Assembly (NCBI GenBank): GCA_034439575.1 | Contig: JAWXAQ010000002.1 | Span: forward strand, 1-64,000 | Length of the DNA: 64,000 bases | Direction: 5' to 3' | Source of the DNA: Leptospira sp. | GTDB taxonomy: Bacteria; Spirochaetota; Leptospiria; Leptospirales; Leptospiraceae | Part shown: piece by piece, positions 9,920 to 21,097 of the stretch | Numbering within the stretch: the stretch's first letter is position 1 | How the letters are laid out: each line of letters starts with the position of its first letter | Translations under genes and position numbers: made by a program | The notes under the pieces: model-generated | What the model saw: only the letters and a program-made list of their open reading frames with translations | Database searches by the model: none | Told to the model about the DNA's origin: nothing

Positions 9920-10505
9920 TTTTCCCCTTGTGATTCTTTTTCTATCTTGGCAAGAGTCTGGCACTCGTTTTTCTCATGAACTAAACTCATTTTTTCCAAA
10001 AGAACATTTGAGTAAAAAGGAAAGAGTCCTTTATTTTTTAGGCGAAGAAGAAATAAGCAATCCTTTATCACAAAGACAAAAGAAAGATTTAGCACGCGCT
10101 ATCGTAAGGTCTTCGCAGAGATTGCAATTGCCAGATGGGACTTTATTTTCTGGTGTGAACCCTGATGTCGATTTGTTTTTATTTAATTGGGCCAAAGTGA
10201 GAACCAATTTTGGTTCTGTTTCTAAAGCTAATTCTCGTTATGGGATTTTGGGTCTGACCGAAACTACTTTGAAAGAATTTGAAAAAAGAAATAATGTGCA
10301 AATCGAACGGAAATTTGACGCATTAAATTATAATATCCAATACAAAATAAGTATCATTCTTTATAAGGAACTTTTAGCAACTGATTTAAATGCTAAGGAA
10401 GCATACTTTAAATTATTTGAACTTCCACCTAATTCGAATGAGTGGGATATTTTAGAAAAATCGTATTTGGAAATTCATAAAAAAACAATTCCAGAAAATT
10501 TATAA
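9879..10505 (+). CDS. Membrane-anchored protein with degenerate SLT/lysozyme-like fold
   Basis: N-terminal TM; LARAIV..., KVRTNF, YGILGL resemble the SLT VESNF and GLMQL motifs. Confidence 0.55.
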   Translation: MKILLRYKYFGLLIFPLVILFLSWQESGTRFSHELNSFFPKEHLSKKERVLYFLGEEEISNPLSQRQKKDLARAIVRSSQRLQLPDGTLFSGVNPDVDLFLFNWAKVRTNFGSVSKANSRYGILGLTETTLKEFEKRNNVQIERKFDALNYNIQYKISIILYKELLATDLNAKEAYFKLFELPPNSNEWDILEKSYLEIHKKTIPENL

Positions 10506-11783
10506 TTCTTTTCTAAAATAAGCTAAAAAATACCCAACTAGGATTAACCAAGAAACGATTTGTCCGAGAAATAAAGAGACTGCCGCTCCATTGGCTCCAA
10601 AATCAGGAATAATCCAATAATCAAACAGTGCGCCAAACATTAGTCTCAATAAAGCAAGAGCAGCTAACATTTTTGGTTGTCCAAGCGCAAATAAAGCGGT
10701 GCCCAGTGGTGCAAATACCAATTGCAATAAAAAATTTGGATATAGTATTTTAAAAACTGATATGGAGTTTGAATACTTTGCACCAAATAACAAAGTTAAG
10801 ATGGGTTCTGCGAGAAATATACCAGGGAGTAAACAAATGGCTATAAGTGCTCCAAGTAAAACTGCCTTTTTTAGAAAAATTGGAAATTCATCTGATTCGG
10901 CAAGTCGTGAAAGTTTTGGGTAAATGATAGAATTGAAAGTAGCGAGTATAATCACAAAGCCACTGAACAGTTGCAAGGCGGTTCCATAATCGGCAACAAT
11001 TTCAGGGGGGTGAAATTGGTTTAAAAAGAAAACTTCCAATCTATCGGAAAGAATCGCAAAAATGGATGCTGTAAATGCCCATAAATTAAATAGAATCAGC
11101 TTACGTTCGTTATCCTTCACAAGATCAGAAGGTGCCGACCAAGAAATTTCTTTGCCACCAAAGAAGAAAAAAAATAAGAACAAAATAAAAATTGGTGAAA
11201 TGGCAAATATAGTCAGAATATCTAAATAAGTCAAAGGATGTATTGATGTCTGTGCAAAGTAAAATAAAAGACTCAGCCTTAAAATATTTGGCAAGGGATT
11301 CCAGAGGGAAAGAGCTATGTACTTCCTATACGAAATAAAAATACTTTCAAAATAAGAAATAAAGGATACGATGATACCACCAAACACGAGTATCACTAAT
11401 ACAAAATAATTTTCATAAGTAAAGGCGAAGGCTATAATAGATAAAAGTACAAGAAGTAAAAAAGAGTAAAATTTAATCTTAAGAGATGCTCGAAGTAAAG
11501 CACCTGGGTCTTCATTTTTATCGGCTAAAGGAGAGATATATTTTATTAAAGCATTGGGCAGACCAAATTCAGCAATCGCGAGTACAATCGGCAATAAACT
11601 CAAATAGTATTGGAATTTACCATTCTCGACTTTACTCAGCAAATTCACTGAATAAATCATAAAAGCTAAATTTGTGACTGAGGAAAATGCTTTGGATACA
11701 CTTACAAAGAAAGAATTTTTAAGTACACCCTCTCTTCTTAATTCAGCTTTTAATAAAGAGAATAGATTTTTAAGTTGCTTCAT
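10500..11783 (-). CDS. Wzx/MOP-family oligosaccharide flippase
   Basis: Polytopic; EFGLPNALIKY, IYPKLS, IPDFGANGAA. Confidence 0.85.
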   Translation of the reverse strand: MKQLKNLFSLLKAELRREGVLKNSFFVSVSKAFSSVTNLAFMIYSVNLLSKVENGKFQYYLSLLPIVLAIAEFGLPNALIKYISPLADKNEDPGALLRASLKIKFYSFLLLVLLSIIAFAFTYENYFVLVILVFGGIIVSFISYFESIFISYRKYIALSLWNPLPNILRLSLLFYFAQTSIHPLTYLDILTIFAISPIFILFLFFFFFGGKEISWSAPSDLVKDNERKLILFNLWAFTASIFAILSDRLEVFFLNQFHPPEIVADYGTALQLFSGFVIILATFNSIIYPKLSRLAESDEFPIFLKKAVLLGALIAICLLPGIFLAEPILTLLFGAKYSNSISVFKILYPNFLLQLVFAPLGTALFALGQPKMLAALALLRLMFGALFDYWIIPDFGANGAAVSLFLGQIVSWLILVGYFLAYFRKEL

Positions 11784-12777
11784 CTTTCTCTTTCAATAAA
11801 AATTTACCCTCAGCAAACATTTGTACGATGATAGGATATAAGAATACCAAACAGAAACTAACCAAAAAGTATCGCATGTATCTAAGAAATAAATCTTCTT
11901 TCCAAATTGTATTCTTTAAAAATTGTCCAGGTAAAACATAGAAGATAAAGAGTATGAAAAGTAATACGATAAAACGAAATCCGATTGCTGCAAAATCTAC
12001 CTTGCCTTTGCTATATGGAAAACCCCAATCCAAAAAATGTGATTTTGAAAATCGAGGATAAAACAATAGTCCCATCCAAAAACCAGCCAAGGCTCCAGCT
12101 GAAGTCATAGCACTGGAAAGACTATGAAAATGTTCTGAGGAGAGAACGGGTGAGTCGAGTAAGATGATCGAAAGTGTGAGGATCATCCCCATAAGCGAGA
12201 GTGTGCGGTACTGTTTTGTTTTGAAAAAATAATGTTCGATAGATTTCCTGTCCAAATTGCGAATACAAAAAATAACAATAGCTAAATGAACAGTACCCAT
12301 AAAAAAACCAAGAGTGACATCACCAAGGAAGTGGACTCCGAGATACATTCGAGAAAATGGAGAATATAAAATTACAAATGCCGCAACTATACGTAACCAA
12401 ACATTATTTATGCGGTAGATAAGTAATCCCCATACAACAATTGCCGCATACGTATGCCCAGAAGGAAGACCGAAGGCTTTCTCATCAAATTGTTCTGGAT
12501 AGGGTAATGGCCTTGGGCTTTCAAAATAAAATTTTGCCAATGCGATCACTATCCCGGCTGTTAGAAGGCCAATAGAGAGCTCCAAGGCTAACTTGGGTCT
12601 ATAAAAAGCGTAGGTGAGTGAAATCAGAGCTAGAAAAAAAGTGGTTCCGCCCAAGTGGTGACAAATGACGGAAGCAAATTGCAAAATACCGCCAATTTGG
12701 GAGTCAAATATGTGGAGGGATTGGAGGAGTTCTGTTGAGAACCAGTGTGAGTTGGCAAGAATGATGTTCACAAACAT
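11770..12777 (-). CDS. PAP2-family membrane phosphatase
   Basis: K...PRP, PSGH, SRMYLGVHF. Confidence 0.9.
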   Translation of the reverse strand: MFVNIILANSHWFSTELLQSLHIFDSQIGGILQFASVICHHLGGTTFFLALISLTYAFYRPKLALELSIGLLTAGIVIALAKFYFESPRPLPYPEQFDEKAFGLPSGHTYAAIVVWGLLIYRINNVWLRIVAAFVILYSPFSRMYLGVHFLGDVTLGFFMGTVHLAIVIFCIRNLDRKSIEHYFFKTKQYRTLSLMGMILTLSIILLDSPVLSSEHFHSLSSAMTSAGALAGFWMGLLFYPRFSKSHFLDWGFPYSKGKVDFAAIGFRFIVLLFILFIFYVLPGQFLKNTIWKEDLFLRYMRYFLVSFCLVFLYPIIVQMFAEGKFLLKEKDEAT

Positions 12778-12794
12778 ATGATTTTCCTTCTAGA

Positions 12795-13661
12795 ATGAAA
12801 ATCCAACTTGATTTCATAAAGTTTTATTTTCATATGAGTGCTGTTCCTATGGATGAAAAAGAAATACCAAATTTAGAAAGTTTGTTCATCATACCGAGAG
12901 AGGTTCCTAAGACGATATTACGGAACCTACTTGAATTGATCTACGATGTTAAAGTTACGGGATCAAAATTCATCCCAGAAACTGGTGGCGCACTTATCAT
13001 TTCGAATCATACCGATTATTTGGATATTCCGGTCCAAGGCACCTATACGGAACGAAAGATAGTCTATTTAGGCAAATACGAACTCTTCCATCCTCAGGAA
13101 GATATCATGAAATACATCAATCATAAGAATTCACCCTTCAATTACCCACCATTGAGTTTCACTAAGCCACTCGTCGAATTGACATTGGCATCTCTTGGCG
13201 GAATCATTAAGGCAAATTTAGTGAGCTGGGGTGGAACACCCATCATTCGCAATGCGGCTAATGAGTCAGAGATGAATAAAAAATCCGCTATGGATTATTA
13301 TGTGAAATTAGAAGAATATATGGTAGGTTTGATGAAAGAAGGAGAAGTCCTTTCGATTTATCCCGAAGGAACGCGTTCGGAATCTGGAGAACTCGCGCCA
13401 TTTAAAGCGATGGCGGCAAAATTGGCCATTCGCGCGAATGTTCCGATTATCCCTTCTGGAATTTCGGGTGCGACCAATATGTCCAAACCAGCCGCCTTCT
13501 TTAGCGGAGATGCCTTCAAAACAAAAATTCGTTACAATATTGGCAAACCCATTATGCCTTCTGAATTTCCAACGGGTCCAGAAAAAAAAGCGGCCAAAGA
13601 ACTAACAGAAATGTGTGAAAAACGAGTGAGAGAGTTGATCCTAACTCCAGAATCCGATTAA
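12795..13661 (+). CDS. 1-acyl-sn-glycerol-3-phosphate (PlsC-like) acyltransferase
   Basis: NHTDYLD and YPEGTRS motifs; true start may be 12834 or 12849. Confidence 0.88.
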   Translation: MKIQLDFIKFYFHMSAVPMDEKEIPNLESLFIIPREVPKTILRNLLELIYDVKVTGSKFIPETGGALIISNHTDYLDIPVQGTYTERKIVYLGKYELFHPQEDIMKYINHKNSPFNYPPLSFTKPLVELTLASLGGIIKANLVSWGGTPIIRNAANESEMNKKSAMDYYVKLEEYMVGLMKEGEVLSIYPEGTRSESGELAPFKAMAAKLAIRANVPIIPSGISGATNMSKPAAFFSGDAFKTKIRYNIGKPIMPSEFPTGPEKKAAKELTEMCEKRVRELILTPESD

Positions 13662-13752
13662 CGAATTATAGCTCCTTTAGTTCTAAAAGTACGCATTTAC
13701 TGATTTAATTTCCAATTGAATCTTCTCATTTCTTTGGGATTACTGTACCTGT

Positions 13753-16700
13753 ATGACACAGGAATTCACTCCCTACACTCCCAAACACAAAATTCGCTTT
13801 GTAACCGCCGCTTCTCTTTTTGACGGCCATGATGCATCGATCAATATTATGCGTCGTATTCTCCAACAAAGTGGAGTGGAAGTGATTCACTTAGGACACA
13901 ATCGGAGTGTGCAAGAAATTGTGGAGTGTGCCATCCAAGAAGATGTGCAAGGAATCGCTCTCACAAGTTACCAAGGTGGGCATGTCGAATATTTTAAATA
14001 TATGATCGATCTTCTAAAAGAAAATGGAGCAGGTCATATACAAGTGTTTGGTGGTGGCGGTGGAACCATTTTACCAACTGAGATCGACGAACTACACAAA
14101 TACGGTGTGACACATATTTATTCCCCAGATGAAGGCCGAACAATGGGCTTGCAAGGTATGATCAATGATGTTGTGAAGAGATCTGATTTTTTAACTCCTC
14201 TTTCCTTTAATGGAGATTTACATTCATTCGTTCAAAAAAAGAATCCTTTGGCTCTCGGACAAGCAATCACACAAATGGAATTTTCTTTGTTAAATGATTC
14301 AGCCTCTCTCTCAGTAAAGTTAGATTTTCCTTTAACTAAAAAAGAAATTCCTGTACTCGGAATCACGGGAACAGGTGGTGCCGGAAAATCCTCGTTAACT
14401 GATGAATTGGTACGAAGGTTTCTTTTGGACTTTTCCGAAAAAACCATAGCCATACTTTCTGTTGATCCCTCCAAACGTAAAACAGGTGGCGCTTTGCTCG
14501 GAGATCGCATTCGTATGAATGCAATATTCAACAAACGAGTGTATATGCGATCTTTTGCTACTCGTGAAGCAAACATAGCATTGAATCGAAGCGTAAAGGG
14601 TGCGATTCAAATTTTGAAATCGGCTGGTTTTGATCTTATCGTTGTCGAAACAGCAGGCATTGGTCAGAGTGATTCTGAAATTACTGAAGTGTCTGATGTG
14701 TCTCTTTATGTAATGACGCCTGAATACGGCGCGGCGACACAATTGGAAAAAATTGATATGATCGATTATGCCGATTTGATATCGATCAATAAATTTGATA
14801 AACCCGGTGCCTTGGATGCACTTCGCGATGTCAAAAAACAATTCCAAAGGTCCAGACAACTCTTTGAATCATCCATAGATGAAATGCCCGTCTTTGGAAC
14901 CATCGCCTCTCAGTTCCAAGATAATGGAACAGATGAACTCTACATGCATTTAATAGAAAAAGTGATAGATAAATCAAAGTTAGATTGGAAGTCCAATTTT
15001 GAAAATATCAGATCACAAAACCAAACATCCATAGTTTTACCTCCGGAAAGAGTGAGATATTTAGCAGAAATAAAAGAAGAAATTGATCGAAATTTTGCCT
15101 TTGTTCAAAAAGAAATGGAGGTGGCAAGATCCGCCTATCAGGTTAAAGGTGCTATTTCTGTTCTGGAAAAATCTGGCAAAAAAACAGATGATTTAAAATT
15201 CGAATTTCAATCACTTTGGGACTCACTTTCGCTTGATTCTCGCAAATACATTGATGAATGGAGTGCTAGAGTGGCATCGTTTAAAGCCGAGCATTTTAGT
15301 TATTTTGTTCGTGGTAAAGAAATCAAAGTTTTAAATTATACAGAATCACTTAGCCACTTAAAAATTCCAAAAATCGCCACACCAAAGTTTGTGGATTGGG
15401 GAGATATTGTAAGATGGTCATACCATGAAAATTTCCCAGGATTTTTTCCCTATACGGCGGGAGTGTACCCATATAAAAGAAGTGGTGAAGATCCCACTCG
15501 AATGTTTGCAGGTGAAGGTGGGCCAGAAAGAACAAATCGTAGATTTCATTATTTAAGTTCTGGAATGCCCGCCAAACGTTTGTCAACTGCTTTCGATTCT
15601 GTCACTCTATATGGTGAAGACCCAGACCTGAGACCAGATATATATGGTAAGATAGGAAATTCGGGTGTGAATGTAGCCACACTCGATGACGCAAAAAAAT
15701 TGTATTCTGGTTTTGATTTATGTAACCCGTCTACTTCTGTATCTATGACAATCAATGGGCCAGCTCCCATGGTACTTGCCTTTTTTTTGAATGTGGCCAT
15801 AGATCAAGCCTGCGAAAAATATATACAATCTAACGGACTTGTGGCGGAAATCAATGATAAGATAAATAGTATCTACAAAGAAAAATCTATCCCAAGACCT
15901 ACATTTGACGGAAAACTTCCCGAAGGAAACAATGGGCTTGGTTTGTTATTACTCGGTGTGACCGGAGATCAAGTTTTACCAAAAGATATTTATGAAAGTA
16001 TAAAAAAAGAAGCTTTATCGCAAGTTAGGGGAACGGTTCAAGCTGATATCCTGAAAGAAGACCAAGCACAAAATACATGCATCTTTTCCACGGAGTTCGC
16101 TCTGAAAATGATGGGTGATATACAATTATACTTTATCAGCGAGAATGTTAGAAATTTTTATTCTGTTTCTATTAGTGGATATCATATAGCAGAAGCAGGT
16201 GCCAATCCTATCACTCAAGTTGCCTTTACTCTCGCCAATGGATTCACATATGTAGAATATTATTTGAGTCGAGGAATGAATATAGATGACTTCGCACCAA
16301 ATTTATCCTTTTTCTTTTCGAATGGTATTGATCCAGAATATTCTGTGATAGGTAGAGTGGCGCGTAGGATTTGGGCGAAGGCAATGAAGTATAAATATTC
16401 TGCCAATGAACGATCGCAGATGTTAAAGTATCATATCCAAACTTCAGGTCGTTCTTTACATTCACAAGAAATTGATTTCAATGATATTAGAACCACATTG
16501 CAAGCGCTATATGCTATTTATGATAATTGTAATTCCTTGCATACAAATGCTTATGATGAAGCAATCACCACTCCTACAGAAGATTCAGTTCGTCGAGCCG
16601 TTGCCATCCAGTTGATTATCAATAGAGAACTCGGGTTAACTAAAAATGAAAATCCATTACAAGGATCTTTTATCATCGAAGAGTTAACTGATCTTGTTGA

Positions 16701-17127
16701 AGATGCGATTTTGACGGAGTTTCATCGCCTAAGCGAAAGAGGTGGAGTGCTTGGTGCTATGGAGAGAATGTATCAAAGAAATAAAATCCAAGAAGAATCG
16801 CTTTACTATGAGACTTTAAAACATACTGGTGAATTTCCTATCATTGGTGTGAATACTTTTTTAAATAAAAGTGGATCACCGACAGTGATTCCGGGAGAGG
16901 TAATCCGCTCCACAGATGATGAAAAATCTCATCAGATTAATAACCTAAATCATTTCAAAAAACGTAATGAAACTACTTCTAAAAACAGTTTAGAAAAACT
17001 TAAGACTGTTTGTAGAAACAAGAATAATGTATTTACGGAGCTTTTAGAAACAGTAAAAGTGGCGTCTCTTGGTCAAATTTCGTTAGCCTTATACGAAGTT
17101 GGTGGCCAATACAGACGAAATATGTAA
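13753..17127 (+). CDS. icmF: Fused B12-binding / MeaB-like GTPase / acyl-CoA mutase (IcmF-type)
   Basis: DGHDASIN B12 motif, [10 protein letters not shown]-loop, [25 protein letters not shown]; 1124 aa. Confidence 0.9.
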   Translation: MTQEFTPYTPKHKIRFVTAASLFDGHDASINIMRRILQQSGVEVIHLGHNRSVQEIVECAIQEDVQGIALTSYQGGHVEYFKYMIDLLKENGAGHIQVFGGGGGTILPTEIDELHKYGVTHIYSPDEGRTMGLQGMINDVVKRSDFLTPLSFNGDLHSFVQKKNPLALGQAITQMEFSLLNDSASLSVKLDFPLTKKEIPVLGITGTGGAGKSSLTDELVRRFLLDFSEKTIAILSVDPSKRKTGGALLGDRIRMNAIFNKRVYMRSFATREANIALNRSVKGAIQILKSAGFDLIVVETAGIGQSDSEITEVSDVSLYVMTPEYGAATQLEKIDMIDYADLISINKFDKPGALDALRDVKKQFQRSRQLFESSIDEMPVFGTIASQFQDNGTDELYMHLIEKVIDKSKLDWKSNFENIRSQNQTSIVLPPERVRYLAEIKEEIDRNFAFVQKEMEVARSAYQVKGAISVLEKSGKKTDDLKFEFQSLWDSLSLDSRKYIDEWSARVASFKAEHFSYFVRGKEIKVLNYTESLSHLKIPKIATPKFVDWGDIVRWSYHENFPGFFPYTAGVYPYKRSGEDPTRMFAGEGGPERTNRRFHYLSSGMPAKRLSTAFDSVTLYGEDPDLRPDIYGKIGNSGVNVATLDDAKKLYSGFDLCNPSTSVSMTINGPAPMVLAFFLNVAIDQACEKYIQSNGLVAEINDKINSIYKEKSIPRPTFDGKLPEGNNGLGLLLLGVTGDQVLPKDIYESIKKEALSQVRGTVQADILKEDQAQNTCIFSTEFALKMMGDIQLYFISENVRNFYSVSISGYHIAEAGANPITQVAFTLANGFTYVEYYLSRGMNIDDFAPNLSFFFSNGIDPEYSVIGRVARRIWAKAMKYKYSANERSQMLKYHIQTSGRSLHSQEIDFNDIRTTLQALYAIYDNCNSLHTNAYDEAITTPTEDSVRRAVAIQLIINRELGLTKNENPLQGSFIIEELTDLVEDAILTEFHRLSERGGVLGAMERMYQRNKIQEESLYYETLKHTGEFPIIGVNTFLNKSGSPTVIPGEVIRSTDDEKSHQINNLNHFKKRNETTSKNSLEKLKTVCRNKNNVFTELLETVKVASLGQISLALYEVGGQYRRNM

Positions 17128-17143
17128 TTGGTAGGATTCGAGC

Positions 17144-18844
17144 ATGATCTCTTGGGAATTTATAAAAAAACATAAATTAGGTATTCCACTTTTATGGGAT
17201 ATTTTAATGGTTTTTGTAGTACTCGGAAACTTAAGCCTCATTATATTTGATTTAACATACCTTTGGTTAAGGCCGTTTTACTTTAAAAACTTTCCGGAAA
17301 TTTTAACTATATATGATAAACCGATTTTAGGAATCGAGCCCCATAGAACGACCCAGGCTTACACTGATTTTGTAGATGATCTAAGTTATTTGACAAAACT
17401 GCGTGATTCAGAATTTAGAGAAAGTCAGCGAAAAAAAACAAGAGAGGAAGTTTATTCACTTCTTCTTGAATTAAAGACCACTGCATCGAGCGAAAAATTT
17501 GATAAGTTACTTATAGAATTTGAAGATGGTTTAAAAATTCAAGACACCGAAAAAAGAAGATTAAAGCTTGAGCCCACCTTAGTTCAATTAAACGAATTTT
17601 TTAGTGTTATGGAAGAAACAGATCAAATTAACAAATTGATAGAACTTTCTGAAAAATATAGTTTCATCAATCGTTTGAGTCAACCTGGTAAAGAAGCCTT
17701 CGAAATCCAAAAAATCATGTCCAATATGGACAAAAAAATGTTGGAACTTATAGAAACAAATCCATTTGCCATGTCAGGTCAGACGGAAAATTTTATTATG
17801 ATTCAAGATATTATCAAAGGTGAATACCAAGTTCATAAAACGAAAGCAAAGGATATAAAAATCCGTCAGGAGTTGGACGTTTTCTTAAATCGGGATCGCA
17901 TTCCTTCCACTGTTGTTGCCTTCTATTGGTTTTGGCGAGATACGGATCGCTCTTTAGAAGATAAAATATCTTTTTTTAATCACAACATCCGTCTTTATTT
18001 TGATTTAAATTATTACCGCGCTATCGGCTCCGATGGAAAGCCAGTTAACCACTATTTGTTGTTAGATGCCCCATTTTTCTTTTTTTTCTTAGCTGAGTTT
18101 AGTATAAGTTGGATGTTGGCTATTCGTAAAAAAACATACATTGCATGGTTTCTATATCCTGTGTATCATTGGTATGATGTACTAGGTTTAATTCCTATTG
18201 TAGAATTTCGATTATTTAGGTTGGTTCGAGTTTATAAAATTTATTTATTATTACAAACAAATCAATTTACCAAAATTTTAGGCAATGACTTAATCAGTCG
18301 AACTTTGAGGTACTATAGTAATATTATCAAAGAAGAAATATCTGATTTAGTCACAATTCAAATTTTAACTGAAGCACAAAACGAGGTAAAGTCGGGCAAT
18401 TCCTTGGATCAATTTGTGAACGCAATTGATCAAAATAGATCTGAGCTTAAAAAAGTTGTGATCAAAAACATGATCAAATCTGCACAAAATGAAAATCTTA
18501 AATCCTTGATTCAAAATTTGGTCGGCGAAGTTACGGAAAACACTGCTCAAAATATGAAAGGTATTAGTTTTTTACCAAAAGAGTTTCAAGTGAATGTATC
18601 AAAACAAATAAGCAATGCTTTGTACCAAGCATTATCGCGTTCGGCGGCTGCTATGTCGCAAGACCCTATGGGTCAAAAGTCAATTGAAAAGCTTATTGAT
18701 TATCTAATTGATGAGATGATACTTTTTGCACAAGATCCTGATATGATTAAATTAAATACGAACATCTCTGTCGCTTTGATTGAAAATATGAAAAAAGGAA
18801 TCGCTGAGAAAAAATGGTTAAAAGCGGAGATTGGTTCAAGCTAA
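17144..18844 (+). CDS. Membrane protein with voltage-sensor-like S1-S4 segments and no evident pore
   Basis: FFFFFLAEF, WYDVLGLIP, FRLFRLVRVYK; large hydrophilic loop and C-terminus. Confidence 0.65.
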   Translation: MISWEFIKKHKLGIPLLWDILMVFVVLGNLSLIIFDLTYLWLRPFYFKNFPEILTIYDKPILGIEPHRTTQAYTDFVDDLSYLTKLRDSEFRESQRKKTREEVYSLLLELKTTASSEKFDKLLIEFEDGLKIQDTEKRRLKLEPTLVQLNEFFSVMEETDQINKLIELSEKYSFINRLSQPGKEAFEIQKIMSNMDKKMLELIETNPFAMSGQTENFIMIQDIIKGEYQVHKTKAKDIKIRQELDVFLNRDRIPSTVVAFYWFWRDTDRSLEDKISFFNHNIRLYFDLNYYRAIGSDGKPVNHYLLLDAPFFFFFLAEFSISWMLAIRKKTYIAWFLYPVYHWYDVLGLIPIVEFRLFRLVRVYKIYLLLQTNQFTKILGNDLISRTLRYYSNIIKEEISDLVTIQILTEAQNEVKSGNSLDQFVNAIDQNRSELKKVVIKNMIKSAQNENLKSLIQNLVGEVTENTAQNMKGISFLPKEFQVNVSKQISNALYQALSRSAAAMSQDPMGQKSIEKLIDYLIDEMILFAQDPDMIKLNTNISVALIENMKKGIAEKKWLKAEIGSS

Positions 18845-18908
18845 GATCGATAAAACCTTGTTTGGTGTTAAACTGTTATCATGCCACCAAACAAGATTTA
18901 GGTAAAAA

Positions 18909-19283
18909 TTATTCCTTTAATCCAATACCTGCCCAAGGAGTCCAAGCTTTGTCTCCATCATCAAAATTAATAAACAAAGCTCCTCCTATAATTTTCGCAA
19001 CGGTTCCTGGATAAAATTTACCATCGGTAAATCTAGCCATCACCTTACTCCCAACAGCAATGTTCAATTTTCTCATACGAGGAAAAGGCACTACTTCTTG
19101 GTCTCCATCATCAAAAATCACAAGAAATCCACCACCTTTTACGGTGTTATCTGATTCGACCGCCGTTCCCACAAAGTAACCTTTAGTCGCTTCGTGGTAA
19201 GCTATGACTCGGTCTCCTACACCAATTGCAAAAATTTGCGTTTGTATGGCAAACAGACCAAAAACTATTAAAATTGTTTTCAT
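18909..19283 (-). CDS. Secreted tandem Tudor/Agenet-like domain protein
   Basis: Signal peptide; two repeats of VG.xV.A...Y/F..GT....F.V/I.FDDGD; AAGGAG RBS. Confidence 0.75.
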   Translation of the reverse strand: MKTILIVFGLFAIQTQIFAIGVGDRVIAYHEATKGYFVGTAVESDNTVKGGGFLVIFDDGDQEVVPFPRMRKLNIAVGSKVMARFTDGKFYPGTVAKIIGGALFINFDDGDKAWTPWAGIGLKE

Positions 19284-19338
19284 GATTTTACTCCTTAATT
19301 AAGAAAAATTTCAATTTTCGCATGGCTAAAAATTATCC

Positions 19339-20880
19339 TTATTTTACGGGTGGGGGGCCACCAGACTGAACTGTTTTAATATATTCAGGTGCCTTCGTTT
19401 CTGTCTTTGTTAAACTACGAGATGCCACGGAAGTTTGATTTTTTGTTTGGACTTGAAAATTGATCGTATCTGCACCACTTCCATTCCAAAAAAACCACAC
19501 GCTATCTAGCTCCCAGACACCATCTTCAGCTAACACTGCTGCATCTTGTTTCGGGTTTCCTGCTGTAAATGCCACATATGAAGGATTGATCACACCAAAT
19601 AATTGATCAGACTGTGGGTCGTGCGGAAACCATTGATTTTTAGAAGCATCATAGATTTCTAATATGGAATGAGGTAATGCAGGCGATGGATCTGTCCAAG
19701 GTCCGATGCCGTAAACTCCTCGGACTGGAATTTTTAAGGCACGTAACATACCTATGGCGATATAAGTAAAATATCCACAGTCGCCAGTCCCTTGGTCTAA
19801 CCATGATTTAACGGAGTTTCCTTCTACGCGAGTTCCGTATTTATAATTGGCCCTTAGATAGTTTAAAGCCAAGTCTGCCTTCTCGCCGAGACTCCTTCCT
19901 GATCTTGTGATCTGATTCACTTGACTAATAAACTCTGGGTCGTCTAATGAAAAGAGACCTTCTCTATTTTCTGATGCCCAATCAAAATTTGGATCACCTA
20001 ACTTTGATGCCTTCAGTTTAGCAGGTCGATTTGTCAAACTCTTTGCATTTTGTTCTATGACTAAACTTAACTGAATTTGTTCTGGCCAATCTTCGTTGTT
20101 TGGTTTTTCCAATTGTAAAAAACGATTTCCTCGTTTGGAAATTTCTGAGGTATTTAAATTTGAATTTGGCTCAGTCAATTTATAAGAAATCAATTTTTGA
20201 TAGGGACGGTCTAAAGGCAGAGTTATACGAATTGTATTTCCGTCTTGGATTCTCCATGATGATAAAAGTTTTGTTAGTCGGATGTTCCAATCAATTCGAA
20301 TTTCTTTAGGTGCCAATTGTTGTTGGACCCATGATCCTTCTGGCGCATATTGAATCGCTTTATTCGTATCGCCTTTTGTATAATATAGCCAAGCTAGATT
20401 TTCTTGAAACCAAGGAGAAGGGTTCTTGTTGCCACCGCGAATTGTATTTTGAAATTTTAAATTGTAAGTGATCGCATCATCTAATTTGCGTAAATTTTCT
20501 AAACAGATAATCGTTTCTTTAAAGGGCATTTCGTCCAAATCATTATTTAACTCGGACGCTTTTTGTAAATATGATAATGCTTCTTTGGGATTTTGCAAAT
20601 AATTCTTTAACGTATAACCAATCATAAATGGTCTAGACCATTGTTCGGGCTCCAATTCATTTGCCATCTTAAATTTGGTAAGGGCTTCATTTGGTTGATT
20701 TTTATTATATAATAAATCAATTCCTTGATTATAAGCTTCTATTCCTGAACTTTGAGAATAAATATTTTCAGAATAAAAAGGTGATGATAAAAGAACCAAA
20801 AACACAAATTTTATAAGGAAATTTCTCTTAATAAAAAATTGAATTTTACGCTTAGATAGAAATGGATTTGGTAAGATCAT
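19339..20880 (-). CDS. Exported TPR + transglutaminase-like protein
   Basis: N-terminal TPR-like helices; GDCGYF, PHSILE, WFPHDP (Cys-His-Asp triad). Confidence 0.85.
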   Translation of the reverse strand: MILPNPFLSKRKIQFFIKRNFLIKFVFLVLLSSPFYSENIYSQSSGIEAYNQGIDLLYNKNQPNEALTKFKMANELEPEQWSRPFMIGYTLKNYLQNPKEALSYLQKASELNNDLDEMPFKETIICLENLRKLDDAITYNLKFQNTIRGGNKNPSPWFQENLAWLYYTKGDTNKAIQYAPEGSWVQQQLAPKEIRIDWNIRLTKLLSSWRIQDGNTIRITLPLDRPYQKLISYKLTEPNSNLNTSEISKRGNRFLQLEKPNNEDWPEQIQLSLVIEQNAKSLTNRPAKLKASKLGDPNFDWASENREGLFSLDDPEFISQVNQITRSGRSLGEKADLALNYLRANYKYGTRVEGNSVKSWLDQGTGDCGYFTYIAIGMLRALKIPVRGVYGIGPWTDPSPALPHSILEIYDASKNQWFPHDPQSDQLFGVINPSYVAFTAGNPKQDAAVLAEDGVWELDSVWFFWNGSGADTINFQVQTKNQTSVASRSLTKTETKAPEYIKTVQSGGPPPVK

Positions 20881-21061
20881 ATTTTTAATCCTTTAGTTGC
20901 GGTTACAAAAAATTATAGAAATTTAATTTTCGAATGTCTGAAAGTTATTAGGATCAGATTTTCAAGTTCAATTTTTTAATCTATTTTTCACAGACATCAA
21001 TCAAAAAATCGGGTAAACTTTTTCTAAAATTTTTTTTTTAAACATACTTTTAGGATTACTT

Positions 21062-21090
21062 TTGACAGAGTAACCTTTGCATTTTAATTA
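21062..21090 (+). promoter_or_regulatory. Candidate sigma70 promoter for the marR gene (near-leaderless)
   Basis: TTGACA-N17-TAATTA ending 7 nt before the ATG at 21098. Confidence 0.4.
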
Positions 21091-21097
21091 GAGTATC

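Noticed and set aside
13662-13752. Cobalamin riboswitch upstream of icmF
   Set aside because: 91-nt AT-rich gap; too short and no B12 box seen.
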